DNA of 64,000 bases from an uncultured Chloroflexia bacterium (GTDB lineage Bacteria > Chloroflexota > Limnocylindria > QHBO01). How positions within the stretch are numbered: position 1 is the first letter of the stretch; every line of letters begins with the position of its first letter. The position numbers and the translations under genes are program-made. Shown here in pieces: positions 41,298 to 52,721 of the stretch. Below the pieces are notes generated by a model. The model saw only the letters and a program-made list of their open reading frames with translations, had not been told where the DNA came from and ran no database searches. The DNA lies in the NCBI GenBank assembly GCA_963827475.1, contig CAWHAZ010000002.1:64001-128000 (forward strand). Direction: 5' to 3'.

Positions 41298-43482
41298 CTA
41301 GCCGCCGATCTCCTCGAACGAGGACTCGTCCTCCGGCGTCAGGCGACGACCCGGCCGACTCTCCGGTTGGCGCAGGAAGAGCACCGCGCCGGCGATGAGG
41401 GTCAGCAGAACGGCGATCGGGACCCAGGGCAGCTGGCGGTAGTCGATCGGCCAGACCCGGGTCACGAGCCGTTCGGTCCGGTTGCCCACCAGGTCGGTGA
41501 CCACGATCCGCACCTCGGTGGGCACGACCCCGGCCTCGACCGGGACCGAGAACGACCCGTCGGCTCCCACCTCGCCCGGCTGCCCGTTCACCGTGATCGT
41601 GGAACCGGGGAGCGTCCGGCCGGTCACCGCCGGCGCGAAATCGATCAGAGGCACCTCCTCGTCCATGCCGAGGTCCGGCGGCTGGCGGTAGACCCGGATC
41701 CGCCACGAGGCGTGGTACGCGTGGCCGGCTGGGGTGACCAGCGTCACGCTGGGCGAGATCGTCGATCCCTCGCTGGCGTCGGACGAGGCCGGCTCGAGGA
41801 GCCGGATCCGGGCCGTCCCATCGGCGCCGATGCTGGTCTCACGAGAGGCTCCGCCCCGCGCCCACCAGATCCGGCTCCCAGGCGGGCCCTCGATTTCCAC
41901 GTCCACCGCCTCGCTGCCGACGATGAAATCCCTCGGCCGCTCGGGATCCGGAGCCACCCCGGTCAGGGTCGGCTGCAGCACACCGAAGTCGGCCTCGGGC
42001 ACGAGGATCGACGCGGTGCTGGTCAGCTCCAGGGGCCCGGGCACGTCGACGAACATGAGGTCGACCACCGGTCCCTGCGGCGGTCCCTCCGAAGCACCCG
42101 GTCGGAGACGAGGCCAGTGACGCGATCCATGCGCCTTCCGGACCAACGGTGCCCTCCAGGGAGCGATCGGGCAGGAGGGCGATCGGCTGAACCGATGCCG
42201 GCTCGCCGCCGGAGGCGGTGCGTTCCGGCTGAATCAGCAACCCACCGAAGACATACGCCTCCGGCACGCCGGGCAGGCCTCCCGGGATCGTTCCGGAGAA
42301 CAGCGCATTCCGGCCGCGGGGATCGGACTGGGCGACCGCTGCGGCCACGCCGGCACGCACGTCCGCGCCGAATGTGACGCCACTGCCAAGGTCGCCGGGC
42401 AGGGCGAGCACCGAATTCAGGATGGGTCCTTCGCCAATGAGGATCAGCGTCTGGGCGCCCGAGCCGAGGACCGCCAGCGGAATACCGCTTCGGTGCAGGC
42501 GATCGGCGATCGGCTGGAGAGGCTCGTCGCGCCGCCACGACCACAGCTGGACGGTTGCGTCGTCTTCCGCGCTGAGCACTGCCGGGCCGCTCGGCAGGTC
42601 CAGGATCCTCGCCGTGAAATATGGGTGAGGGACCGCCTCGAGGACCAGCGATCCCGCGCGCAGGCTGAGCCTTCCCAGATGCGCCTCCTCCAGATTGCCG
42701 TTGAGGAGCACGTCGTCCCCCGGCACGCCATCGGATTCGCCGGCGTCGATGATGACCGGGCAGCAGCCGAGCCCGCCGCGGAAGGCGTGCTGGGAGTGGT
42801 CAAAGCCGGTTCCGTTCCAGCGCAGGAGCCCGAGCACCAGGTCCGCGCCTCCGATAGCGTCCGGCGTGGTCTCGGCCGTGACGATCTCATCGGTCCCATC
42901 GCCATCGAGGTCGGCGACCACCATCTGCGATGCGAACTCGTTCGTCTCCGCGACGAGGTCCATCCCGATCTCCCCGGGGCCGGCTGCCGTCACCTCCCAG
43001 ATGGTCAGGCAGCACGGAATGGTCAGGTCCGGGTTGGTGCCGATCGTCGCCGCCACGGCGACCTCGCGACCCGCGCGTCGAACGGTGAACAGCTGCGTCG
43101 GCTCGCCGACACGGATGCCGGTCATGCCTTCCTCGTCGATCCGGATCCCGTTGCCGATCGCCACGCGGTCGTCGAAGGTCGCGGAGCGCCGAATCCGGAT
43201 CTGGTTGTTCGACTGCACCGATCCGTCCGCCGCCACCCACCAGGCCTGGATCGCGGTCAAGCCGGGACGATCCTCGGACGCCAGGGCGGCGACCACCTCG
43301 CGGACCCCGTCGCCGTCGAGGTCGACCACCAGGGCCGCGGTGACCTGCCCGGAGAGCACCGTCACCGGCGGTTCCTCGGGGAGCGGCGTGCCCGGGATCG
43401 GGTCGACCGCCAGGACGGGCGAGGCCAGCGCACCGGCAAGCAGGCCGGCGCCAAGCAGGGCGGTCAGCGCGCGCCGACGCAT
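41298..43482 (-). CDS. Surface protein with FG-GAP/VCBS-like repeats, Ig-like C-terminal domain and TM anchor; frameshift near 42120
   Basis: Signal peptide; DLDGDGVRE, DLDGDGTDE and DGVPGDD; C-terminal VTGRTLPGSTITVNG..ADGSF, then a TM helix and short tail. Confidence 0.7.
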
Positions 43483-43552
43483 GGTTCCGTTCAGTCAGCA
43501 GGTCGACGGGCTCTGCGCGGGCGATGCAGGAGCATGAGCCGAATCCTAGCCC

Positions 43553-43990
43553 CTAGCCCCCGATCTCCTCGAAGGTGGAGTCCTCGTCGAGCGTCCGGTT
43601 GTCCCCCGACGGCCCGGTGCCGGGCGTTCGCAGGAAGAGCACCAATCCGGCGACGACCGTCAGGGCGACGGTAATCGGGATCCACGGCAGCTGTCGGTAG
43701 TCGAGCGGCCAGACGCGGGTCACTACGCGTTCGGTCCGATTGCCGATCTGGTCGGCGACCATGACGCGGACCTCGGTGGGCAGGACGCCGACGTCCACGG
43801 GCACGGAGAAGAATCCGTCCGAGTCCACCTCGCCCGGTCGTCCGTTCACGGTGACGGTCGAGCCGGGGATGGTCTGGCCCGAGACCAGCGGGGCGACGTC
43901 GAAGAACGGGACGAGCATCGTCCAGGACGAGGTCGGGAGGCTGGCGATAGGCGCTGACGAGCCACGTCCCGCGGTAGGCGTGGCGTCCCC
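43553..43990 (-). pseudogene. Truncated paralogous copy of the C-terminal ~145 aa of the 41298-43482 protein
   Basis: HAYRGTW..YRQPPDL..GNRTER..RVWPLDYRQLPW..STFEEIGG aligns by eye to the neighbour; begins right after the acs stop with no N-terminus. Confidence 0.65.
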
Positions 43991-45985
43991 TCAGCCGCGC
44001 AGCGCGCGGATCGGTTCCAGGGTGGCCGGATCCTCGAGCGCCGAGACGTCGCCCAGGTCCAGCCCGAGGTACGCAGCCCGGGCCACACGACGGAGAATCT
44101 TCCCGTTCCGCGTCTTTGGCAAGGCGGGCACGAGGTGCACGGATGCGGGCTTGAACGACTTCCCCAGGGACTCCACCACCCGCTGACCGATGTCGCCGGA
44201 AGGGTCCCCCGCCGGATCACCCGACAGGTCAGCCTCGCCCACGACCGCGAGCAGGACGATGGCCTCGCCCTTCACCTCGTCCGGCACGCCCATCGCCAGT
44301 GCCTCGGTCACCGCCGGGTGGGCGACCGCGGCCGACTCCACTTCCGCCGGACCGATCCGCTTGCCGGCCACCTTGATCGTGTCGTCGGAGCGGCCGCTGA
44401 TGTACCAGAACCCGTCTTCGTCGATCCGGGCCCAGTCCCCGTGGACCCATACCCCCGGCAGCCGTGACCAGTACGCCTCGAGGTACCGATCCGGGTCGCG
44501 CCAGAAGCCCTGGGTCATCCCCGGCCATGGCTGGCGGATGGCCAGCTCCCCCACCTCGCCGCGGACCGGGTGGCCGTCCGCGTCCACCACGTCGGCCGCC
44601 ATGCCGGGGCACGGCCCGGCGAACGAGCACGGGGCGATGGGCGTGATCGTGGTGCAGCCCACGATGCCGCCGCTGATCTCCGTCCCGCCGGAGTAGTTGA
44701 TGATCGGGACCCGCTCCTCGCCCACCTCGCGGAAGAGCCACCACCACGGGTCGGGGTTCCAGGGCTCCCCGGTCGACCCCAGCACGCGCAGGGAAGATCG
44801 GTCATGGGCCCGTACGGGCTCCGACCCATGCGTCATGAGCGCGCGGACCGCGGTCGGGCTGATCCCCAGGTGGGTGATCCGGTGGCGCTCGACGAGGTCC
44901 CACAGCCGGTCAGGGCCCGGGAAGTCGGGCGTGCCCTCGTAGATGACCAGGGTGGCGCCAAGCAGCAGGGCGCCGGACACCGCCCACGGACCCATCATCC
45001 ATCCCATGTCCGTGAACCAGAACAGCACGTCGCCGTGCTGGAGGTCGAAGCAATGCGCGAGGTCCACCGCGCTCTTCAGCGGGAATCCGCCGTGGACATG
45101 GACCGCGCCCTTCGGCCGTCCGGTCGTGCCGCTGGTGTAGATCAGCATGTACGGGTCGTTCGCATCGGTCGCGACCGATGGCACCGGCTCGTCGCCCGCC
45201 CAGGCCAGGGCGGGGCTCCACTCGACGTCGCGCCCCTCGCGCCACGGCACATCCCGCGACGCCATCCCGAAGCGGCGGACGACGAGGCAATGCTCCACGG
45301 TCGGGGCCTCGGCCAGTGCGGCATCGGCCACCGACTTCATGTCCACGACCTTGCCCCGACGGTAGAACCCGTCGGCGGTGACGAGCAGCTTCGCGTCACA
45401 GTCCGCCAGGCGGCTGGCAACGGCGGGCGCCCCGTAGCCGGAGAAGATCGGGGTGTAGACCGCGCCCAGCTTGCCGACGGCCAGGACCGCGACCACGGTC
45501 TCGGGAATCATCGGCATGAAGATCCCGACCCGGTCGCCGCGTCCGACCCCGAGGGCAGCCATGGCCCGCGCGGCGCGATCGACCTCGGCGCGCAGCTCCC
45601 CGCGGGTCAGGCGCCGGACCGATCCGTCCTCCCCCTCCCAGATCAGCGCGGTCTCGTCCGGTCGCTCACCCGCCGGTCCGTCGACCCCGGTGGCCACGTA
45701 GTTGAAGCCGGCCCCGACCCACCAGCGGGCCCACTCGGGCCCCTTCGAAACGTCGAGCACGGCCTCCGGCTCCGGATCGAACCGAATTCCGAGGTCCGCC
45801 ACGGCCGACGACCAGAACCAGGCCGGATCGGCCTCGGCACGGGCCTGGAGGTCTTCGAGGTCGGCGCAGCCGACATCGGTCAGAAACCGGCGCAGCCGGC
45901 TCCGCTCCAGGTATTCGGCTGAGGGCCGCCATGCCGCCGCGGATGAATCGGTCCCGAACCGGGGGCCCGCCGAGCGAACCGCCAT
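43991..45985 (-). CDS. acs: Acetate/short-chain acyl-CoA synthetase
   Basis: YTSGTTGRPKG, STGEP, GGTE, GRSDD and PKTRNGKILRR. Confidence 0.85.
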   Translation of the reverse strand: MAVRSAGPRFGTDSSAAAWRPSAEYLERSRLRRFLTDVGCADLEDLQARAEADPAWFWSSAVADLGIRFDPEPEAVLDVSKGPEWARWWVGAGFNYVATGVDGPAGERPDETALIWEGEDGSVRRLTRGELRAEVDRAARAMAALGVGRGDRVGIFMPMIPETVVAVLAVGKLGAVYTPIFSGYGAPAVASRLADCDAKLLVTADGFYRRGKVVDMKSVADAALAEAPTVEHCLVVRRFGMASRDVPWREGRDVEWSPALAWAGDEPVPSVATDANDPYMLIYTSGTTGRPKGAVHVHGGFPLKSAVDLAHCFDLQHGDVLFWFTDMGWMMGPWAVSGALLLGATLVIYEGTPDFPGPDRLWDLVERHRITHLGISPTAVRALMTHGSEPVRAHDRSSLRVLGSTGEPWNPDPWWWLFREVGEERVPIINYSGGTEISGGIVGCTTITPIAPCSFAGPCPGMAADVVDADGHPVRGEVGELAIRQPWPGMTQGFWRDPDRYLEAYWSRLPGVWVHGDWARIDEDGFWYISGRSDDTIKVAGKRIGPAEVESAAVAHPAVTEALAMGVPDEVKGEAIVLLAVVGEADLSGDPAGDPSGDIGQRVVESLGKSFKPASVHLVPALPKTRNGKILRRVARAAYLGLDLGDVSALEDPATLEPIRALRG

Positions 45986-45991
45986 CGGTCC

Positions 45992-47143
45992 CTACATCGC
46001 CCGGATGCCGAGCAGGTTGCGGGCGATCACGAGCCGCTGGATCTCGCTCGTCCCCTCCCCGATCTCGGTCAGCTTGGCGTCGCGCAGGTAGCGCTCGACC
46101 TTGTACTCGCGGACGTAGCCGTACCCGCCGTGGACCTGGATGGCGGCGTTCGTGGCCCGCATCGAGACCTCGGAGGCGTACAGCTTGGCCATCGCCGCCT
46201 CGGTGGTGAACGGGCGGCCCTGGTCCTTCAGCCACGCCGCGCGGTAGACGAGCAGGCGGGCGGCGTCGATCTCGGTCGCCATGTCCGCGATCTTGAACGC
46301 CACGCCCTGGAAGGTGCCGATCGCCCGCCCGAACTGGTGCCGCTCCTTGGCATAGGCCGATGCGGCCTCGTAGGCCGCCTGCGCCAGCCCCAGGGCCATG
46401 GCGCCGATCCCGATCCGGCCGCCGTCCAGGGTGCGGAGGAACAGCTTGTCGCCCTCCCCCTCGTCGCCCAGCAGGTTGCCGGCCGGGACCCGGCAGCCGG
46501 AGAACAGCAGCTCCCCGGTGGCCGAGGCGTGGAGGCCCATCTTCTCCTCGAGCCGACCGAACGTGAACCCGGGCGTGCCCTTCTCCACGATGAAGGCGGT
46601 GATCTGCGAGTCGTCCTCCGCCTCGCCGGTCCGCGCCACGACGATGTAGGTGTCCGCCACCCCGGCGTTGGTGATGAACTGCTTCGCGCCGTCGATGACC
46701 CACTCGTCACCGTCGCGCCGCGCCCGGGTCTTCGTCCCGCGCGAGTCGCTGCCGGCCCCTGGCTCGGTCAGGCCGTAGGCGCCGAGCTTCTCCCCGCTGG
46801 CGAGGGGACGGAGGAACCGCTCCTTCTGCTCGTCGGTGCCGGCGAGGTACAGCGGACCGGCGCCGAGCGAGGTGTGGGCCGAGACGATGATCCCCATGCT
46901 GCCGGACACCCGGGACAGCTCTTCGATGGTGATGGCGTAGGCCAGGTTGTCCAGCCCGGTGCCGCCGAGGTCGGTCGGGTACGGCACGCCGAGCAGGCCC
47001 AGGGACGCCGCCTCGCGGACGAGGTCGTGCGGAAACTCGCCCCGAACCTCCATCTCGTCGGCCACCGGCGCAATGCGCCGATCCGCGAAGTCGCGGACGG
47101 TCCGGCGGATGTCCTCGTGGGCAGGCGAGAGGGCGAAATCCAT
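45992..47143 (-). CDS. Acyl-CoA dehydrogenase (short/branched chain)
   Basis: [23 protein letters not shown] and [10 protein letters not shown]. Confidence 0.92.
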   Translation of the reverse strand: MDFALSPAHEDIRRTVRDFADRRIAPVADEMEVRGEFPHDLVREAASLGLLGVPYPTDLGGTGLDNLAYAITIEELSRVSGSMGIIVSAHTSLGAGPLYLAGTDEQKERFLRPLASGEKLGAYGLTEPGAGSDSRGTKTRARRDGDEWVIDGAKQFITNAGVADTYIVVARTGEAEDDSQITAFIVEKGTPGFTFGRLEEKMGLHASATGELLFSGCRVPAGNLLGDEGEGDKLFLRTLDGGRIGIGAMALGLAQAAYEAASAYAKERHQFGRAIGTFQGVAFKIADMATEIDAARLLVYRAAWLKDQGRPFTTEAAMAKLYASEVSMRATNAAIQVHGGYGYVREYKVERYLRDAKLTEIGEGTSEIQRLVIARNLLGIRAM

Positions 47144-47211
47144 CGGTCGCCGAGTCTATCAGCGGGTTTGTGCCCGGACCTATACTGCCGGGACGCTGGG
47201 AGGGTGCGCGG

Positions 47212-48366
47212 TTGCCCGACGTCGACGTCCGCCTGGAGAACGTCACCAAGTCATTCGGCGAGATGGTCGCCGTCGATGACCTGTCCCTCGAGGTCTGGCG
47301 AGGCGAGTTCTTCTCCCTGCTGGGGCCGTCCGGATGTGGCAAAACCACGACCCTGCGGATGATCGGCGGCTTCGAGGAGACGACGAGCGGGACGGTCTAC
47401 CTCGGCGACGAGGACGTCACCGGCCTGCCGCCGTTCAAGCGCAACGTCAACACCGTCTTCCAGAACTACGCCCTCTTCCCGCACTTGACGATCTACGAGA
47501 ACGTCGCGTTCGGCCTCCGCCGCCGCAAGGTCTCCGATGCACAGGTCAAGAGCCAGGTCGAGGCCATGCTGAAGCTCGTCGAGCTGCCCGGATTCGAGCA
47601 ACGCAAGCCGACGATGCTGTCCGGCGGTCAGCAGCAACGGGTGGCCCTTGCCCGCGCCCTGATCAACCATCCCCAGGTGCTCCTCCTGGACGAGCCGCTC
47701 GGCGCCCTGGACCTGAAGCTCCGGAAGCAGATGCAGATCGAGCTGAAGAGCATCCAGACCGAGGTCGGGATCACGTTCATCTATGTGACCCATGACCAGG
47801 AAGAGGCCATGACCATGTCCGATCGGATCGCGGTCATGCGAGCTGGCAAGATCGAGCAGCTGGGCGATCCCGAGAGCCTGTACGAGCGGCCGCAGACCGC
47901 CTTCGTGGCCGGGTTCCTGGGCGTGTCGAACCTGCTCGAGGGCGAGGTTGCTGGCCACGAGGGCGGGATGATCGCCATCCGGCTGAAGGACGGGACGCTG
48001 ATCAAGGCCCCGGCCGGCAACGACGGCCAGCGCGAGGTCCGCCTCGGCGTTCGCCCCGAGAAGCTGCGCGTCGTGACCGACCGCTCGGCCGAGGCCGCCG
48101 CAGACCTCAACGCGCTGGAGGGGACGGTGCTCGACGCCAGCTATATCGGGGTCAGCACCCAGTACCTGGTCGAAACCCGCGACGGCCACCGCATGACCGC
48201 CTACACCCAGAACCTCGAGACCGCCGGTGCGGCCGAGGCCATCGCCCGCGGCGAGAAGGTGCGGCTCACCTGGAACCCGCGTCACACGTTCGTCGTTGCC
48301 GGCTCGGCCGAGCACGTCCCCAGCGATCCCCATGCCCCGGAGGAAGAAGGAGAAATCGATGTCTGA
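47212..48366 (+). CDS. potA: Spermidine/putrescine ABC ATP-binding protein
   Basis: GGAGG RBS before TTG; GPSGCGKTT, LSGGQQQR and THDQEEA. Confidence 0.9.
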   Translation: MPDVDVRLENVTKSFGEMVAVDDLSLEVWRGEFFSLLGPSGCGKTTTLRMIGGFEETTSGTVYLGDEDVTGLPPFKRNVNTVFQNYALFPHLTIYENVAFGLRRRKVSDAQVKSQVEAMLKLVELPGFEQRKPTMLSGGQQQRVALARALINHPQVLLLDEPLGALDLKLRKQMQIELKSIQTEVGITFIYVTHDQEEAMTMSDRIAVMRAGKIEQLGDPESLYERPQTAFVAGFLGVSNLLEGEVAGHEGGMIAIRLKDGTLIKAPAGNDGQREVRLGVRPEKLRVVTDRSAEAAADLNALEGTVLDASYIGVSTQYLVETRDGHRMTAYTQNLETAGAAEAIARGEKVRLTWNPRHTFVVAGSAEHVPSDPHAPEEEGEIDV

Positions 48367-49606
48367 TCAGCGCAGCCGGATCGAGCTGGCCATCGAGCGG
48401 GCCATGCGCCAGGACCGGATCAACCGGCGAGCCTTCCTGGGCAGGGCCGGTCGGGGCGGCGTTGCGCTGGGGGCGATGATGACCCTGCCCGGCCTGATCG
48501 CGGCGTGCTCCCCCGGCGACGGGGATGGGGTCACGCTCGAGTGGGCGAACTGGACGGCGTACATCGACATCGACGAAGAGAACCCGCCGAACCCGACGCC
48601 GTACCCGACGATCAACGCCTTTATCGAGCAGACCGGCTTCAACGTGAACTACCAGGAATCCATCCTGGACAACGCGGAGTTCATGCAGGCCCTCCTGCCC
48701 GACCTGACCAACGGCAATCCGACAGGGTGGGACCTCATCACGCCGGGTGGATGGGTGGTGCAGCGCCTGGGTGAGCTCGGCTACCTCGAGGAGCTGGACC
48801 ACAGCAAGCTGCCGAACTGGAGCGCCAACGCGGCGGACCACGCGACCGGCCTATGGTTCGACCCCGACAACACATGGAGCATCTGGTGGCAGGGCGGGAT
48901 CACCGGGATCGCCTACGACCCAAATCAGACTGGGCGTGAGCTGACGAGCTTCGACGACCTGCTCGACCCCGAGTTCGCGGGGCGCGTGGGCGCCTTCAGT
49001 GACATGCGGGACATGTTTGGCCTGACCCTGCTCAGCCTGGGCATCGTCCCGGAGAACGCCACCGTGGACGACGCCACCGCCGCTCAGCAGGTCCTCCTGG
49101 AGGCCAACGAGCGCAGCCAGTTCCGCGGCTACTACGGCAATGAGTACTACGACGCGCTCGCCGCCGGCGACCTCATCGCCAGCGTGGCGTGGTCCGGCGA
49201 CGTCACGCAGATCCAGCTCGCCGACAACCCCGACATGTTGTTCGTGATCCCCGAAGCCGGCGGCATGCGATGGAACGACAACATGTGCATCCCGAAGGGA
49301 TCCACGGAGAAGATCGACCAGACCCACCAGCTGATCGATTACTGGTACGACCTCGACGCGGCCACCACGCTGTCGGAGTACATCGGGTACTTCACGGGCG
49401 TCGACGGGGTCAGCGAGCGGATCACGGAAAACGCGCAGGCCGCCCGGGACTCGGGCGACACCGAGACCGCCGACTACCTCGATGGGGTCGCGCCAATCGT
49501 GATGCCGACGGCGGACCAGATCGATAACACCTACACCGACAAGCAGCTCTCAGAGGAGGAGGAGGCCCAGTGGAACGACCTCTTCCTGGAGGTGCTCGGG
49601 GGCTGA
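48359..49606 (+). CDS. potD: Spermidine/putrescine ABC substrate-binding protein, Tat lipoprotein
   Basis: GAAGGAG RBS; NRRAFL Tat motif plus IAAC lipobox; NWTAYID, AWSGD and WNDNMCIP. Confidence 0.85.
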   Translation: MSDQRSRIELAIERAMRQDRINRRAFLGRAGRGGVALGAMMTLPGLIAACSPGDGDGVTLEWANWTAYIDIDEENPPNPTPYPTINAFIEQTGFNVNYQESILDNAEFMQALLPDLTNGNPTGWDLITPGGWVVQRLGELGYLEELDHSKLPNWSANAADHATGLWFDPDNTWSIWWQGGITGIAYDPNQTGRELTSFDDLLDPEFAGRVGAFSDMRDMFGLTLLSLGIVPENATVDDATAAQQVLLEANERSQFRGYYGNEYYDALAAGDLIASVAWSGDVTQIQLADNPDMLFVIPEAGGMRWNDNMCIPKGSTEKIDQTHQLIDYWYDLDAATTLSEYIGYFTGVDGVSERITENAQAARDSGDTETADYLDGVAPIVMPTADQIDNTYTDKQLSEEEEAQWNDLFLEVLGG

Positions 49607-49636
49607 CCGAAAAGGGTCCCGCCATCGGTTGAGCCG

Positions 49637-50491
49637 ATGAACACCCGTCGATGGGTTCCCTATGCGCTGCTGGCGCCGGGGACGATATGGCTGCTCATCT
49701 TCTTCGCCATCCCCATGGGCTACATGCTCATGGTGTCCCTCCAGGAGGGCAACCTCGCCTCCGGCTTCGAGCTGACCTGGAACTTCGCGATCTACCCCGA
49801 GGTCATCGCCGAATTCTGGGAGCTGTTCGTGCGATCGATCGGCTATGCCCTGATGACGACCGCGATCACGCTCCTCATCGGCTACCCGATGGCCTACACC
49901 ATTGCGTTCCGCGGAGGCCGGTTCAAGAACATCCTGCTGCTGGTCGTCGTCCTCCCGTTCTTCGTCAGCTTCGTCATTCGGACGCTGAACTGGAGGATGA
50001 TCCTGTCCGACAACGGGATGGTCTTCGGGACCCTCAAGGACCTCGGGGTCCTGGACCCTGCGTTCCACTTCCTGGCGACGCCCGCATCGGTCATCTTCGG
50101 CCTGACCTACAACTTCCTGCCGTTCATGATCCTGCCGCTCTACGTGGCCCTGGAGAAGATCGACCGCCGGCTGATCGAGGCGGCCACCGACCTGTACGCC
50201 AGCCGGCTCCAGGCGTTCCTGCGCATCACATTCGTCCTGTCCCTGCCGGGCGTGGTGGCCGGGTCGCTGCTGACCTTCATTCCGGCCGTCGGCGACTTCA
50301 TCAACGCCGAGATCATCGGGGCCGGCAACCCCGACTCGATCATGATCGGCAACGTCATCCAGTTCAAATTCATCAACGCCAACGACTACCCCGCGGCCGC
50401 GGCGCTGTCGTTCGTGCTGGTGATCGGGGTCATGGCCCTGGTCGCGGTCTACACCCGGCTGGTCGGCAGCGAGCGGCTGACGGAGTCATGA
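49637..50491 (+). CDS. potB: Spermidine/putrescine ABC permease
   Basis: LPFMILPLY; LIEAATDLYA. Confidence 0.88.
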   Translation: MNTRRWVPYALLAPGTIWLLIFFAIPMGYMLMVSLQEGNLASGFELTWNFAIYPEVIAEFWELFVRSIGYALMTTAITLLIGYPMAYTIAFRGGRFKNILLLVVVLPFFVSFVIRTLNWRMILSDNGMVFGTLKDLGVLDPAFHFLATPASVIFGLTYNFLPFMILPLYVALEKIDRRLIEAATDLYASRLQAFLRITFVLSLPGVVAGSLLTFIPAVGDFINAEIIGAGNPDSIMIGNVIQFKFINANDYPAAAALSFVLVIGVMALVAVYTRLVGSERLTES

Positions 50492-50495
50492 GCCG

Positions 50496-51320
50496 ATGAC
50501 CGTCGGTTCGCGGTTCTCGGGCATTGCTCTGCCGGTGTTCACCGCACTGGTGGTGATCTTCCTGTTCCTGCCCATCGCGGTGATGATCCTGTTCAGCTTC
50601 AACGACCCGGCCGGACGGCAGAACATCACCTGGCAGGGGTTCACGCTGCAGAACTACATCACCGTGTGGGCGCGCCCCGACATCACCGGGCCACTGGTCC
50701 TGAGCCTGGGGATTGCCACCATCTCCACGATCGTGGCCACGACCCTGGGCACGATGATGGGACTGGCCCTCGTCCGCTACCAGTTCCGCGGGGAGGGGGC
50801 CAGCAACCTGCTCATCTTCATTCCCATGACCGCGCCCGAGATCATCCTGGGCGCGTCGCTGCTGACGATGTGGGTTTCGTTCGGGGTCGAGCGCGGCTTC
50901 GGCACCATCCTGATCAGCCACATCATGTTCAACATCAGCTTCGTGGTGGTCACCATTCGGGCCCGGTTGGTGGGGTTCAACCGCTCGCTCGAGGAGGCGG
51001 GCATGGACCTCTATGCCGATGGCTGGACGACTTTCCGCAAGGTGACCCTGCCCATCATCTTTCCCGGCATCCTGGCGGCGGGCCTCCTGGCGTTCGCCCT
51101 CTCGATCGACGACTACGTCATCACCCTGTTCAGCGCGGGCCGGACGCTGACCTTCCCGCTGTGGGTGGTGGGGGCGAGCCGGCTGGGAATCCCGCCGGAG
51201 GTCAACGTGCTGGGCACCCTGATCCTGCTCATCGCGTTCGTGTTCATCGCGGTCCAGACCTGGTCCGCGCGCCGGAGCGGGCGTCGCGAGACCGGCCCGG
51301 TGACCATGGTCGGCCGATAG
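50496..51320 (+). CDS. potC: Spermidine/putrescine ABC permease
   Basis: LEEAGMDLYA; FALSIDD. Confidence 0.88.
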   Translation: MTVGSRFSGIALPVFTALVVIFLFLPIAVMILFSFNDPAGRQNITWQGFTLQNYITVWARPDITGPLVLSLGIATISTIVATTLGTMMGLALVRYQFRGEGASNLLIFIPMTAPEIILGASLLTMWVSFGVERGFGTILISHIMFNISFVVVTIRARLVGFNRSLEEAGMDLYADGWTTFRKVTLPIIFPGILAAGLLAFALSIDDYVITLFSAGRTLTFPLWVVGASRLGIPPEVNVLGTLILLIAFVFIAVQTWSARRSGRRETGPVTMVGR

Positions 51321-51362
51321 GCGTCGCTGGGCGAGCCTGACCCGACCCGCTACCCTGCGTCC

Positions 51363-52721
51363 ATGACCACCGAGACCGCGCCGACCCAGCTCGATCCGCG
51401 CGCCGATGACTCGGCCGTGTGGCTGGCGCGCCGCGCCGGTGTCCCCGCCGTGTGGGCCCGCTACACGGACCTCGTCGTGGACCGCGGGGAGGGGTCGTGG
51501 GTCATCACCGCCGACGGCGATCGGTACCTCGACTACACCTGCGGGATCGGGGTCACGAACACCGGCCACGCCCATCCGCGCGTGTCGGCGGCCATCGCCG
51601 AGCAGGCGGGCAAGATCATCCACGCCCAGCAGAACATCCTGTACCACAAGCCCGGCCTCGAGCTCCACGAGCGGCTGCCGCGCTACTTCCCGGGTGCGAC
51701 CGATGGCGTGGACGCGGCCGGCAACGAGATCGGCCTGTTCCTGTCGAACTCCGGCGCCGAGGCGATCGAGGCCGCCGTCAAGCTGGCGAAGATCGCGACC
51801 CATCGGCCGGCGATCGTCGCGTTCCGCGGCGGCTTCCACGGCCGGACGCACGGGACGATGTCCCTGACCTCGTCCGCGATCAAGAACCGCGGCCATTACG
51901 AGCCGCTGCTGGCCTCGGCGTACTTCGCGCCATACCCGTATGCCCTCCGCAACCCGACGGGGCGGACCGATGCCGACGCCCTGGCCTGGACGATGTCGCA
52001 GCTCGACGAGCTGTTCGCCACGCTGGTGTTCCCCGAGGACGTGGCCGCGTTCCTGGTCGAGCCGGTGCTCGGGGAGGGCGGGTACGTCGTGCCGCCGGAC
52101 GGGTTCCTCCCCGCCCTGCGGGAGGTGGCCGACCGCCACGGGATCCTGCTCATCGTCGACGAGGTCCAGTCCGGCTACGGCCGCACGGGCCGCTTCTTCG
52201 CCACCGAGTGGAGTGGCACGCGCCCGGACATCGTGGTCATGGCCAAGGGCATTGCCTCGGGCATGCCGCTGTCGGGCATCCTCGCCTCGCGCGAGCTGCT
52301 GAACCGATTCCCGCCCGGTGGCCACGGCGGCACCTACGGCGGCAACGCGGTGGCGTGCGCGGCGGCGGTCGCGACCCTCGACGTGTTCGAGGACGAGGGC
52401 CTCACCGCCCGGGCCGAGTCGCTGGGCCACCGCCTGCTCGACGGCCTGCGTCAGGCCGCGGCGGGCAACCCGTACGTGGCCGAGGTGCGCGGGCGCGGCC
52501 TGATGGTCGGCATCGAGTTCGCGGACCCCGAGACCCTCGCCCCGCGACCGGACCTGGCCAAGGCCACCCTCACCGACGCGCTCATGCATCGGCTCCTGCT
52601 CCTGTCCTGCGGGACGTGGGGCCAGGTCGTGCGCGTCATCCCGCCGCTGGTGACCACCGAGGCCGAGATCGACCAGGCCGTGGCCCTCATCGGTTCCGCG
52701 CTGGAGACCGCGACCTCCTAG
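51363..52721 (+). CDS. gabT: Class III aminotransferase (4-aminobutyrate aminotransferase-like)
   Basis: SGAEA, FHGRT, EPVLGEGG, DEVQSGYGRTG and AKGIASG; follows the polyamine transporter. Confidence 0.8.
   Translation: MTTETAPTQLDPRADDSAVWLARRAGVPAVWARYTDLVVDRGEGSWVITADGDRYLDYTCGIGVTNTGHAHPRVSAAIAEQAGKIIHAQQNILYHKPGLELHERLPRYFPGATDGVDAAGNEIGLFLSNSGAEAIEAAVKLAKIATHRPAIVAFRGGFHGRTHGTMSLTSSAIKNRGHYEPLLASAYFAPYPYALRNPTGRTDADALAWTMSQLDELFATLVFPEDVAAFLVEPVLGEGGYVVPPDGFLPALREVADRHGILLIVDEVQSGYGRTGRFFATEWSGTRPDIVVMAKGIASGMPLSGILASRELLNRFPPGGHGGTYGGNAVACAAAVATLDVFEDEGLTARAESLGHRLLDGLRQAAAGNPYVAEVRGRGLMVGIEFADPETLAPRPDLAKATLTDALMHRLLLLSCGTWGQVVRVIPPLVTTEAEIDQAVALIGSALETATS

Noticed and set aside
43491-43535. 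14-codon uORF MLLHRPRRARRPAD after TAGGAT, upstream of the FG-GAP gene
   Set aside because: No attenuator structure seen; more simply a by-product of the duplication.
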